The notes under the pieces were generated by a model. It was not told the origin of the DNA. It worked only from the letters and a program-made list of their open reading frames with translations, and searched no databases. From an uncultured Gemmatimonadales bacterium (GTDB taxonomy: Bacteria > Gemmatimonadota > Gemmatimonadetes > Gemmatimonadales > GWC2-71-9), in contig CAWGED010000019.1 of assembly GCA_963821525.1 (NCBI GenBank), positions 32,001-96,000 on the forward strand: a stretch of DNA of 64,000 nucleotides. The letters run 5' to 3'. The stretch's first letter is position 1. Each line of letters begins with the position of its first letter. The position numbers and the translations under genes are program-made. Shown here piece after piece: positions 11,365 through 21,273 of this stretch.

Positions 11365-13829
11365 CGGCTGCCCGCCAGGCGCGCTGCATGCGGTTTCCCG
11401 CATCCATGGAATCGGATATCCACCGCCAACACTCGTTCGTAGCAGGGCGAGCGCCGTCATCGACCTTCCCCTGCTCTTCCCGCGCCCGGCCGAGCCAGTA
11501 CGAGCAGCCCGATCTGCTCCTCGTCGCTCGCACCCAGGCTCTCCACGGCGCGGCGGAGGATGGCCTCGGCGATCGCGAACTGCTTCTTGTCGAAGAACGC
11601 GGTGCCCAGTGCTTCGGAGGTCCGTAGTCTGCCTTCGGGAGCCCGCAGCGCTTTCTGGAACTCGGCGATTGCTTCGTCCAGCAGGCCCATCTCCTTGAAC
11701 GCGACGCCGAGGTCATAGTGGGCCTGGAAGTCGTCGGCGTCGATGTTCTCATCCACGCCGCGCTTGAACTGGGTGAGCATCTCCTGGAAATCCTTCTGCT
11801 CATCCCCGGTAGGCTCCTCGTCCTCGACCCGCATGCGGAGATCCCGCGGCCGGTCGTCATCGAGAACGAGCGAACCGAGATCCACGAAGTCGCTGCTCGG
11901 GGCAAACATCGGAGCCGACAAGCGGGGAGCCCGGCGCTCCTCGGGCTCATCAGACTCGGCCAGTTCGTCTTCGGTAGCCTCCTGGATGTCGATCTCGCCC
12001 TCGGGCTCTTCCGCCTCGAGACCCGCCTGGGCAGGCGGCGCTTCTTCCGGCGGAGCGAGGGAATCCAGCGCGGCCTGTGCCCGGGCATTCTCCGGGTCAT
12101 GGTCAACCACTCGCCGGTAAACCGCCACCGCTTTATCCAGAGCACCGACCCGCATCAGCGCATCGCCCAGCTCCACATAGGCGTCGAGCAGACGAGTCCG
12201 GTCGCCGCCACGGAATGCCAGCTCCACCCGCTTCTGGTGATAGCGCACGCCGCTCGGATCCAGCCGGATAAGCTCACTCACCAGATCCGAGGCGTGATCC
12301 CAGTCCTCCACGGTTCTCGTAGGCAGAGAGAGCCAGCTCGAGTTCTTCCTGCCCTCGCGGTGATTCGCCGGCGGCGAGCAGTGCTTCGCCGAGCGCCCGG
12401 TGAGTATCCGGATTGTCGGGATCCTCGAGGACCTGATCCTCGAGCTCGTCAACCGTCAGCTGGCGGGCCTCCGGGACCTCGAGGAAGTCAACCTCGGAAC
12501 CGGTTTCCTCCACTTCGACCGGCTCCTCCGCACTCAGAGTCCGCGAGGGGAAGTCTTCCGTGGGGATGGACGTGAGCGGCGCATCGGGATCGATCAGATC
12601 GAGACCGAGTCCTTCATCTTCCGCGGACTCCTCCGTCACGGGCAATTCCTGAAGGTCCAGAGCCAGATCGTCGGTGAGATCGGGAGTTTCCCCGAGGCCT
12701 TCGGGCGCGATCAGGTCCAACTCGGAGGATGTGATGTTCTCGACTTCCTCCTCGGCGTCGAGATTGCGCTCGATGCCAGGTCCGGCGCGAGCTCGATGTC
12801 CACCGTATCGGGCAGTGGCGCGTCGATCTCCAGCCCATCGAGCGGCTTGACCGGTCGGCCGAAGACTCCTCGGCGATGGTCGGTTCGAACCCGAGGGTCT
12901 GGGCGACCTCGAGGTGCGTCATTTCCATCTGTGCTTCGTCGCTGATCGGCTGGACCGACTCCAGCGTCAGCGGAACGTCGGTGAGACTCGAGGTCTCGAT
13001 GCCGATCTGCTGCTTCTCGGCCGCAGCCTCGTCCGGCATGTCCATCTTGGGCAACGAGGGCGTCCGCTCGACGATCCGGGTCGTCGCTTCCACGCCTCGA
13101 GCGGGGACTTCCGGCCGACGCTGGGCCGACGATGCGACCCGCCGGCGTCGCCCCCGGTATCGAGGAATACGAGCTCGCCGGGCTTGGGCCGGGACGGCGC
13201 TTTCGGAGTGGCGTCGGATTCTTCGGCGTCCAGGGCCTGGAGCCGCGCGAGCGTCTTGCGCGCGCCCTGCGTGTCTCCCCTGGCCTCGAGGTCGCTCGCC
13301 AGCTTCTCCAGCTGCTCACGCGCTTCCTCGAAGCGGTCCGAGGCGCCGAAGCAACTCGCTCAGCATCAGCCGAATTTCTTTATTGCTGGGGAACTGGTCG
13401 GCGAAATCCTTCACGGACTTGAACGCCTGGTCAAGCTGACCCAGCGCATTCATCCGTTCGAGGTACTCGAGCAGGTTTTTCTTGGCTTCGATGACGACGT
13501 TCTTGCGGGCGTGGAGGTGGGCCAGGGTGAGGTAGGTCTGAATCCGGCCCGGATTGACCCGCAGGATCTTGCCGCAGAGCGCGATGGCGTTGTTGAAGAA
13601 CCCTGTTCCTTGTAGAGGTCGACCGCTCGTTCGTAGGCCTGAACCGCGGCCCCGGTTCGTTGGCCTTGAGGTAGAGGTCGCCGACACGGTTGTAGATCGC
13701 GAGGTCCGGGGCGGGATCTGCCCCGGCCTCGAACTCCCGGATGGCCTGCTGGTAGACATCGATGGCCCGCCGCCACTCTTCCTTCTGCTCGAATTTCCGG
13801 GCCGTTTCCTTCAGCTTCTCGAAGTTCAT
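11361..13829 (-). CDS. Large multi-TPR protein with acidic linker (frameshifted)
   Basis: N-terminal TPRs (MNFEKLKETARKFEQKEEW...IYNRVGDLY), Asp/Glu-rich middle, C-terminal TPRs with HYDLGVAFKEMGLLDEAIAEFQKAL. Confidence 0.75.
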
Positions 13830-13900
13830 CCGGCTCGGCGAGTGGGAAGGGTACAAAGCTAGGGAATCTGTCACTTAGAAGATACGAGTGGCCCTGAGGG

Positions 13901-15443
13901 CTAGCAAGCCAAACCGGCGGGCGGGGTCGAGGTCTGCCGCGTGCTGATGAGGGAGGCCAGTCGCTCCAGGTCCGGCGCCGGTGGGCGGTCGGCTTCGAGA
14001 CGGGGCACCCCGTCTCCGGAGTCTCGCACCCGTCTGGTACAGGTCGCTCGACTCCGCGTCCCGGCCGCAATGGCGCGAGGAACTCGAGGCCCTGGGCGGC
14101 GCAGAGGAGCTCCGCTGCGACGACGCGTTGGGCGTTCGCCAGGATCCGGCTGGCCTTGAATGCCGCGGCCATGCCCATGGGGACGAAGTCCTCCTGATTG
14201 GCGTCGGTCGGAATCGAGCCGATGCTGGCGGGATGGCGAGAGCTCCGGGACTCCGCGACCAGAGACGCGGCCGTGATCTGAACCATCATGAAGCCGGAGG
14301 AGAGGCCGGGATCGCCGGGTCAGGAACGCGGGCAGTCCCTGGGATAGATCGGGATTCACCAGACGTTCGACCCGGCGCTCGGAGATGGCCTGGAGCGTGG
14401 TGAGCGCGATCGCGAGAAAATCGAGCGCCTGGGCGACTGGCTGGCCATGGAAATTCCCGCCGGAGAGCACCGTCCCGTCCTCGAACACCAGCGGATTGTC
14501 GGTCGACGCATTGAGCTCGATCCGGACGGTCTCCCGAGCGAACCGAATGGCATCGGCCACTGCCCCCATCACCTGAGGAGTGCAGCGGAGACTATACGCG
14601 TCCTGCACCCGCGGATCGTTTTCCCGGTGCGACTCGCGGATCTCGCTGTCGGCCAGCAGGTCGCGCATCAGCTCGGCCGCGCGGAGCTGGCCCGGGTGGG
14701 GCCGAGCCGCGTGAATTCGTGGGTCGAGCGGGGTAGGAGTTCCCCGCAGCGCCTCCAGGCTCATCGCCGCCGCGCCGACCGCGGTCCGCCACAAGCACCT
14801 CGGCGTCGTGGACCAGGAGAGCCAGCAGAGCGGTCTGGGCCTGGGTTCCGTTGATGAAGCGATCCCTTCCTTGGGAGCGAAACGGAACGGCTTGAGGCCG
14901 GCCGCCGCGAGTGCCTTGTCCGCCGCGCCCGCTCGCCGCCAAGTACCTCGCCCTCACCCATCAGCACCATGCGCGATGTGACTGAGCGGCGCCAGATCAC
15001 CGCTCGCTCCGACACTTCCCTGCTCCGGGACCCGGGGAACGATGCCGGCGTTGAGCAACGCGACGAGGGCCTCGACCAACGCGGGACGAACTCCGCTGGT
15101 GGGGCGCAGCAGCACGTTGGCGCGGAGCAGCATCGGCGGCCCGCACGGCGTCTACCCACAAGGGCGATCCGACGCCGGCTGCGTGACTCCGGATGAGATT
15201 GACCTGAAGCTGATCGAGCTGGCCGGCCGGCACTCTCACATTGGCGAGCTTTCCGAAGCCGGTGTTGATGCCGTAGATGGTTTCGCCCGCCGCCACTGCC
15301 TGATCAACCAGACCGCGGCTTCGCTCGAGGCGGGCCAGCGCGTCGCTGCGCAGCACGATGCGCGTTTCGGGCGAGCGCGCGACCTGGACCACATCGTCGA
15401 TCGAGAGGTCCTGGCCACTGAGCGCTATTGTGGGGGCCGGCAT
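13901..15443 (-). CDS. hutH: Histidine ammonia-lyase / aromatic amino acid lyase (frameshifted)
   Basis: [20 protein letters not shown]-forming [35 protein letters not shown]. Confidence 0.9.
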
Positions 15444-15494
15444 GGCAACAAGAGTAAGCGATACACCGGGTACAGAGAACAGGGCCCATAACGA

Positions 15495-15526
15495 GCGACC
15501 CTCCGCGGCGGGGCCGGGAGGGTCGC
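15495..15526 (-). terminator. Hairpin downstream of the FN3 lipoprotein gene
   Basis: GCGACCCTCC (15495-15504) pairs with GGAGGGTCGC (15517-15526); weak U-tract. Confidence 0.5.
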
Positions 15527-15549
15527 AGGTTAATGGTGAGATGGAGAGG

Positions 15550-16701
15550 CTAGTGGGTGCCGCCCCTGCCGACCAACAGCTCGATGTTGCCGGGATCGGT
15601 CTGGAAGGACCAGTCGACGATAATGAAGTTCTTGCCTGCGTGAGTGACGCGAAGCGCGCCAAACCGGGCGAAACCATCCCCGCCATCCATTTCAAACACG
15701 TAGCCCCAACCCGGCAGCGCCTCCAGACCGGCCAGCCCAAAACCGTTGACCGGCGCGGCGTCGATACTGGTGAGGTCGGCGACCGGTGCGTTGCCATAGA
15801 GCGCCACCTTGGTGCCCGCTCGGACCGGCGTGATGAAGAGAGCCTCACTGGCGTCCCGCTCCACCGAGAAGTCCTCGCTGGGAGAGGAGCCGAGTCCGAC
15901 CACTCCAATCTCATTCGGCTGCGCCACGCCATCGTGGTTGAAGTCGTTCCAGAAGCGGAACCCGCTCTCGTCATCCTGTTGCTGCCTGGCGTAGAGAACC
16001 ACATTGCGGGCATCCGGCCTCGGCGTGTCCTGGTGAATCGGTGACCAGAGACTCTCGAACCCTTCGATGCTGATCGCCGACACTCCGAAGCACCGCGGAG
16101 AACCGTTCGGGAGAGCACCGGCGACGAACTCGGGGGCTACCGTGGTTCCCTCAAGAGCCCACTGGTCGAGGCAGAGGTCGTTGTCCAGATCGTATGGAGT
16201 GCTGTAGACCCGATAGACCTTGAAAGCCGACGGATCAGAGGCGAAGGCGTTGTCGGACCAGGTCAACGCGATCGCGCCATTCAGAGAGGTCGTGGTCAGA
16301 GTGGCCGGCTTCTGAAGCGCGAGGCGTTCATCCACGGTTATGACATTGCTCGGCCCGCTCTCGACGCCGGCTTGATCCTCCGCAGTGACGTAATACTGGA
16401 GATGCGGAATACCGTTGTCGTGGAACGTGCTGGAAGTGGTCGATCCCCGAAGCAGGTACGACTCCGAGGTAGAACCACGGGAGTAGATGTGCCAGACCGC
16501 GAGGGCGGGATTCCCGTCGTCCTCCCAGCTCAGCAACACGCCGCTGGGCGCGCCGGGGGTGCCACTGGGTTCCACTTCGTAAGTGAGGTTCGCCGGGGGC
16601 GCGACTTGTCCGCCACCGCCGCCGACGGGGTTGGTGCCATAGTCGTTGCAGGCCACCAGGGCTGCGAGAGCGAGGGCCAAGGCCGGCATCGCGCGGGACA
16701 T
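15550..16701 (-). CDS. Uncharacterised lipoprotein with two fibronectin type III-like beta domains
   Basis: Lipobox LAALVA-C; PPANL..LSW..YYVTAEDQAGVESGPSN and KPATL..LTWS..GVSAISIEGFES FN3 patterns; GGAG RBS favours ATG 16701 over 16713. Confidence 0.7.
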   Translation of the reverse strand: MSRAMPALALALAALVACNDYGTNPVGGGGGQVAPPANLTYEVEPSGTPGAPSGVLLSWEDDGNPALAVWHIYSRGSTSESYLLRGSTTSSTFHDNGIPHLQYYVTAEDQAGVESGPSNVITVDERLALQKPATLTTTSLNGAIALTWSDNAFASDPSAFKVYRVYSTPYDLDNDLCLDQWALEGTTVAPEFVAGALPNGSPRCFGVSAISIEGFESLWSPIHQDTPRPDARNVVLYARQQQDDESGFRFWNDFNHDGVAQPNEIGVVGLGSSPSEDFSVERDASEALFITPVRAGTKVALYGNAPVADLTSIDAAPVNGFGLAGLEALPGWGYVFEMDGGDGFARFGALRVTHAGKNFIIVDWSFQTDPGNIELLVGRGGTH

Positions 16702-16737
16702 CGTAGTCTCCATGTCGGGGAATCGTCAGCGCTATAG

Positions 16738-16752
16738 GCAGCCCGGATGCCA
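16738..16752 (-). promoter_or_regulatory. Putative sigma54 (-24/-12) promoter
   Basis: Minus strand TGGCATCCGGGCTGC with GG-N10-GC spacing, about 37 bp upstream of the lipoprotein start. Confidence 0.6.
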
Positions 16753-16765
16753 TCCGGGGCATTAT

Positions 16766-16794
16766 CGTAACTCATTGTGATATTGGTAGTTACG
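16766..16794. promoter_or_regulatory. AT-rich dyad, IHF-like binding site
   Basis: CGTAACT-N15-AGTTACG containing TAA-N4-TTG, resembling the IHF consensus; just upstream of the sigma54 motif. Confidence 0.5.
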
Positions 16795-16916
16795 TATTAG
16801 TACCAGGTTTCGTTGATGTCCCCGGGTGCGGACAATCCATCGTCATCGGACTGCGGATTTGTTCAGCGGGAGACTAAGCAGGGGGTCTTGTGCTGCGGGA
16901 GCTGCGCAGACCGAGG

Positions 16917-19900
16917 CTACCGCTCGAACGTGGTCTGGTTGTAGTCGCCTTTGATTTCAGGCATGTCGGAGAGGAAGATCGAAAAATAGAAGGAGAAGTT
17001 GCCGTTCGCGTTGCGGACGAAATTGAAGGCGGCCCGCCATTCGTGGAGGTTCCGCTCCAGCCGGACCACGTTCGATTCAAAGTCCTTATCGGTGATGTTG
17101 TACTGGGACGACCAGGACACGGTCCACAAGGGCGTCGGAGAGAAGGACGTGCTGAAGCCCAGATTCTGCCGAGTCGGCTGACTCAACGCTGCGGTCGGGC
17201 GGGTACGTGAGAGCGTGTAGTTGAAGTTGGCGGTGAAGCGGCGGCTGCTGAATCCGGGCTGCAGGGCGTTGTTGTCCGACGTATAGAACGAGGGGGGGCG
17301 GCCGTTGCGGCTTTGACTGGCTACGTACGAGGGCGGGGGCGGTTCGTTGGTTCCCTGCTTTGCGGGCTTGGCCAGACCGAACAACCGCAGCACCGCGTTT
17401 ACCGTCCCACTGGAGACCGCAAAACCGGTCGTAGCGCTCGAAAGGAAGAGGTCGAAATGGCTCGCATCAAACCCGACGGGGCCATTCCAGAGGTCATGCG
17501 TCAGACTCAGGTTGAACCCCGGAACGAGATCGCTCTGGAACGTGTTGGTCACGCTCTGAGTCGTCCACCCATTCCGTCCCGGTTGCTTGGCCTGCTCGAA
17601 GTCGTAGGACACCGCAGATGTGGTAATTCCCAGCAGGCGGTATTTCCTCGTCTGGTCCTGTTCTGTTGAATCGGCGACCGTCGTATCGCCGGCCGCTTTC
17701 TTCGCTTTGCCTTCGATGTTTTGCGAGAGGCCGATGCTCAGGGTCTGGGTAGCAGGGGTGCGAGTCGAAACGGGCTGTCCGGGCCCCACGATGGCGCGGG
17801 CAAATTCCTGGGAGACGCTCGCCGCCGGATTGTAGGTGTAACTGATGGTCGGTGAGACGCTGTGCCGGATCCGGGCGATCGGCCCGAAGCCGGGGAAGAA
17901 TCCGAAGAAGGTCGGCGAGGACGTTACGCCGAAGTTGAACCGCTTGCCCTGAAATACCCAGTCCCCATTGGTGTTGCGATTGCGGATGGCGAACGGCCCA
18001 ATCGAGCTCGCGTTGGCCACACCCAGCACAGGCTGGAGTTTCCACGAGGCCCGAAACAGCGTAGGAAGGTTGATCCCCGTCTCCCAGTCGAAACTGCTGG
18101 AGAAATCCCCAGTGAAGGTCCGCGCGACGATGATCGAATCCGTTGGATCGGGTGTCGAGGGATCGGGAATCTTGATGGGAAGAGCGGTCAGCGACCCCTC
18201 ACGCTTCTGGTCGTTATAGGCGAAGGAGTTCCGGAAGTCCCAACCGCCGAAGCGGACCGGGGTGTCGAAGTTCATCGCGGTGGCCCGCTGGTCGAACGTC
18301 GAGCTCAGGGTATCCTTCCCGCCGCCGGGCAACACTCGGACCTGAGCATTCGGGCTGTTGTTGGTGAGATCATTGGTGATGCTGAACCCGGGGGACCACG
18401 TGATGTCCCTGGTGATGTCGATGGGCTTGGGAGAGATGGCCAGCGCCGGAAGCTGCATCGTGGTCGGCTGCCCCGTGGAGAGCGGCTGCCGGCGGTTGGC
18501 GCCGAGGTTCACGTTGCCCCAGGCAAAGCGCTTGGAAAAATTGGCGGAGCTGAGGATCTGCTGGGTGGAAAGCAGGGGATCCAGCGCGTTGTCGCTCACC
18601 ACCTGGGAGTTGCTGGCGTAGTTCAGGCTCAGGTTGAGCGAGGTACTCAGGTCAAAATTCTGGCGATGGTCCCACCGGATGTTGGTCGACGAGGACCCGG
18701 TGTTCTCGTGCTGCTGGTTGTAGGCAATCGCCCCGCTCACAAATCGGTTCAGCCAGCGGTACTGCCCTGCCACCCCATACTGGACATAGCGATTGTCGTA
18801 GAAGTCCAGCCGGGCGGTGAAATCCAGGTAGTCGTTAGCCGCCCAGTAGTAGCCTACGTTGGTGATTTGCCGATTGTACCCGCCGTTGGGTCGGACAATG
18901 TCGTTGAGCCCGAACCGCGGAATCAAGATTCCCGAGTGCCGGCCGGGCCGTCCATCCGCCCAGACGAAGGGGAGCCAGAGGACCGGCACATCCCGCACAT
19001 AGAGGACGGCGGGCCGAGCGATCATGATGGTCTGCGCGATCCACTTCACTTCCTTGGCGGAAAAGTGGTAGTGGGGCTCGGGTAGATCGCAGCTGGTGAT
19101 GTCGCTTGAGGAGGCGTAGACCCTTGAGGCACTGGAGTCCTGGGCCAGATTTCCCCGCAGAAACCAGTCGCTGCTGTTCTGCTTGAAGCTGGTGAGCGCC
19201 TTGGTCACGACTCCGCGCCGAATGCAGGTGTCGTAGCGAATGCCACCGCCGCCGGTCAGGACCGTCTCCCCATCGAAGAGGTTGGGAGTTCCCGAGGCCT
19301 CGATGAGACACGTGGTCTCCTGGTACAGAATCGAATCCGCCTCGAGCGTTGTGGTTCCGCGGCGAGTCATCGCCTTGCTGTCGAGGAAAATGCGGCGCTC
19401 GTCGGCGAGGACTGTGGCCGAATCCGATCGGTACCGCGTGGCTTCATACCCCTCCAGGAGCTGAAGCTCGGCGAGAGTCGAATCGTCGGGGGCGAAGGTG
19501 TAGCTCGGACCGGTGGGGAGACCAAGCCGACGGGCCGTTGCCGTATCCACCGCCTGGCCGGGCCGGACCCGGGTCGAGTCGGGGGGAAGGGTATCCCCCG
19601 GACCCCGTTGCACCGGCCGTCCGGGCTTGGGTGGGGGCACGGGCTGCTGGGCTGCAGCCCGATCCGGCAGGGCGAACAGAGCGAAGAAGATTACCGCGGC
19701 CGTGGCGGCGCGCCGGCGCCGGCGGTCGATGACCCAGGCGCCCACGAACCCGACCTCGTAAAGCAGCCACAGCGGCACGGTCATCATGATCATCGAGAGT
19801 ACGTCGGTGCCGGGCGAAAGGATTGCTCCGGCGAACATGCAGAGTACCATCGCGTAACGACGGAACCGGTGCAGGCCCATCGGCGAGATGACACCAACCG

Positions 19901-20450
19901 CCGCGAGGAGGATGATGACCAGCGGCAACTCGAAAGAGATCCCCATCGCGAGCACGATCTGCAGCACGAAACTGAAGTACTCGTTGTAGGTAATGACGAG
20001 CGCCAACGCCTCGGACTGGAAACTGAACAGCACGCGCAAAGCCTGGGGCAGCAGGTAGAAATACCCCAGGGACGATCCGGTCAGGAACAGGACCAATCCG
20101 AATCCCAGCGCCGGCATGATCGCTTTGCGTTCCCGGTCGTAGAGGGCCGGTGCGAGGAAGGCCCAGATCTGGTATATGATGATCGGGGAGACGAGAACGA
20201 CGCCGGTGATGAAGCCCAGTTTGAGGACGATCATCACCGGATCGGTGGGACTCAGGACCGCGAGCTTCCCGCCGGTGCTGGCGAGGTAGGGAGCGATCGG
20301 CTGTTTGAGGAGTGTGACGAGCTGAAACCGCTGGACCAACCAGAGACCGACTCCGAACCCCACGACGATCGCCCCGAGGGCTCGGATCAGCCGGATTCGG
20401 AGCTCCTCGAGGTGCTCGAGGAAGGGCATCTCCGCGCCCGGACCGGTCAT
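16917..20450 (-). CDS. tatC: TatC - LPS assembly protein LptD fusion (1177 aa) with internal signal peptide
   Basis: aa 1-242 TatC (MPFLEHLEELRIRL, YQIWAFLAPAL, FELP, LYE); aa 243-267 RRRRR-hydrophobic-AAA; aa 268-1177 LptD-like (TSCDLPEPHYHF, VPVLWLPF, RHSGILIPRFG, beta-barrel C-terminus). Confidence 0.85.
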   Translation of the reverse strand: MTGPGAEMPFLEHLEELRIRLIRALGAIVVGFGVGLWLVQRFQLVTLLKQPIAPYLASTGGKLAVLSPTDPVMIVLKLGFITGVVLVSPIIIYQIWAFLAPALYDRERKAIMPALGFGLVLFLTGSSLGYFYLLPQALRVLFSFQSEALALVITYNEYFSFVLQIVLAMGISFELPLVIILLAAVGVISPMGLHRFRRYAMVLCMFAGAILSPGTDVLSMIMMTVPLWLLYEVGFVGAWVIDRRRRRAATAAVIFFALFALPDRAAAQQPVPPPKPGRPVQRGPGDTLPPDSTRVRPGQAVDTATARRLGLPTGPSYTFAPDDSTLAELQLLEGYEATRYRSDSATVLADERRIFLDSKAMTRRGTTTLEADSILYQETTCLIEASGTPNLFDGETVLTGGGGIRYDTCIRRGVVTKALTSFKQNSSDWFLRGNLAQDSSASRVYASSSDITSCDLPEPHYHFSAKEVKWIAQTIMIARPAVLYVRDVPVLWLPFVWADGRPGRHSGILIPRFGLNDIVRPNGGYNRQITNVGYYWAANDYLDFTARLDFYDNRYVQYGVAGQYRWLNRFVSGAIAYNQQHENTGSSSTNIRWDHRQNFDLSTSLNLSLNYASNSQVVSDNALDPLLSTQQILSSANFSKRFAWGNVNLGANRRQPLSTGQPTTMQLPALAISPKPIDITRDITWSPGFSITNDLTNNSPNAQVRVLPGGGKDTLSSTFDQRATAMNFDTPVRFGGWDFRNSFAYNDQKREGSLTALPIKIPDPSTPDPTDSIIVARTFTGDFSSSFDWETGINLPTLFRASWKLQPVLGVANASSIGPFAIRNRNTNGDWVFQGKRFNFGVTSSPTFFGFFPGFGPIARIRHSVSPTISYTYNPAASVSQEFARAIVGPGQPVSTRTPATQTLSIGLSQNIEGKAKKAAGDTTVADSTEQDQTRKYRLLGITTSAVSYDFEQAKQPGRNGWTTQSVTNTFQSDLVPGFNLSLTHDLWNGPVGFDASHFDLFLSSATTGFAVSSGTVNAVLRLFGLAKPAKQGTNEPPPPSYVASQSRNGRPPSFYTSDNNALQPGFSSRRFTANFNYTLSRTRPTAALSQPTRQNLGFSTSFSPTPLWTVSWSSQYNITDKDFESNVVRLERNLHEWRAAFNFVRNANGNFSFYFSIFLSDMPEIKGDYNQTTFER

Positions 20451-20466
20451 GCGGCCGATCCGGGTG

Positions 20467-21273
20467 CTACCGTCCGAGCGACTTCAGGCGATCTCGCGCG
20501 AGGGCCGCTTCGTCGGAACGGGGATAATCGGAGATGACGCGCTGGTAGTAGGCCTTCGCGCCTTCGAGATCCTTCCTGCGTTCCGCCACGAGTCCGAGCT
20601 TGTAGACCGCACTCGCCGCCCGAATCGACTGGGGTGCTGTCTCCACCACTTTCTGGTAGTAGCCCACCGCCGAATCGGGCGACTCCGCAGCGAAGCTCTC
20701 TCCGATGAAGTAGTTGGCATCAGGGACTCGAGGATCCGTCGGATACAGCCGGAGGAATTCCCGGAACCCGGTGCGCGCGGTTCCCGGCGATCCCCGCCGG
20801 AGCTGGTTCAGACTGGCTTCGTACATCTGGTCGGCTGAGGGCTGTGCAGCACCGGCCGCAGGGGCGGGCCGGGAGCTATCCGATGGAGCGGGAGCGGCGT
20901 TAAGCTGCTCTCCCCGCGCCTCGAGCTGAGTGCGGAGCTCGGTGAGACGCTGCTGGCTCTGGCCGGTTAGAGCCTGAATCTGAACCAGCTGCTGCTGAAT
21001 ATTGTAGAGATCGTTGGCGAGGTCGCCCTTGGCGGTACCCACCTGCCGCGAGGTCTGCTCCGCGGTGCGGGCCAGGGAGGACAGCGAATCCATGGTCCGC
21101 CGCTGGGTCTCGAGGATCTGGGCGAGTTGAACGGCGCGAGCCGAGTCGGCACGCATGTTTTCGGCGCGACTCAGGACCAGTTGTTCCTCGAGCCGGCGCA
21201 TGTCGCCCTTGGAGGCACAGGCTCCAAGGGCGAGCAGGCCCAGCGCGATGGCCGGGCAGTGGCGTGCGAGCAT
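20467..21273 (-). CDS. cpoB: Tol-Pal system protein CpoB/YbgF (lipoprotein, coiled coil + TPR)
   Basis: Lipobox LGAC, coiled coil, TPRs (DANYFIGES, YPRSDEA); directly downstream of pal. Confidence 0.85.
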   Translation of the reverse strand: MLARHCPAIALGLLALGACASKGDMRRLEEQLVLSRAENMRADSARAVQLAQILETQRRTMDSLSSLARTAEQTSRQVGTAKGDLANDLYNIQQQLVQIQALTGQSQQRLTELRTQLEARGEQLNAAPAPSDSSRPAPAAGAAQPSADQMYEASLNQLRRGSPGTARTGFREFLRLYPTDPRVPDANYFIGESFAAESPDSAVGYYQKVVETAPQSIRAASAVYKLGLVAERRKDLEGAKAYYQRVISDYPRSDEAALARDRLKSLGR

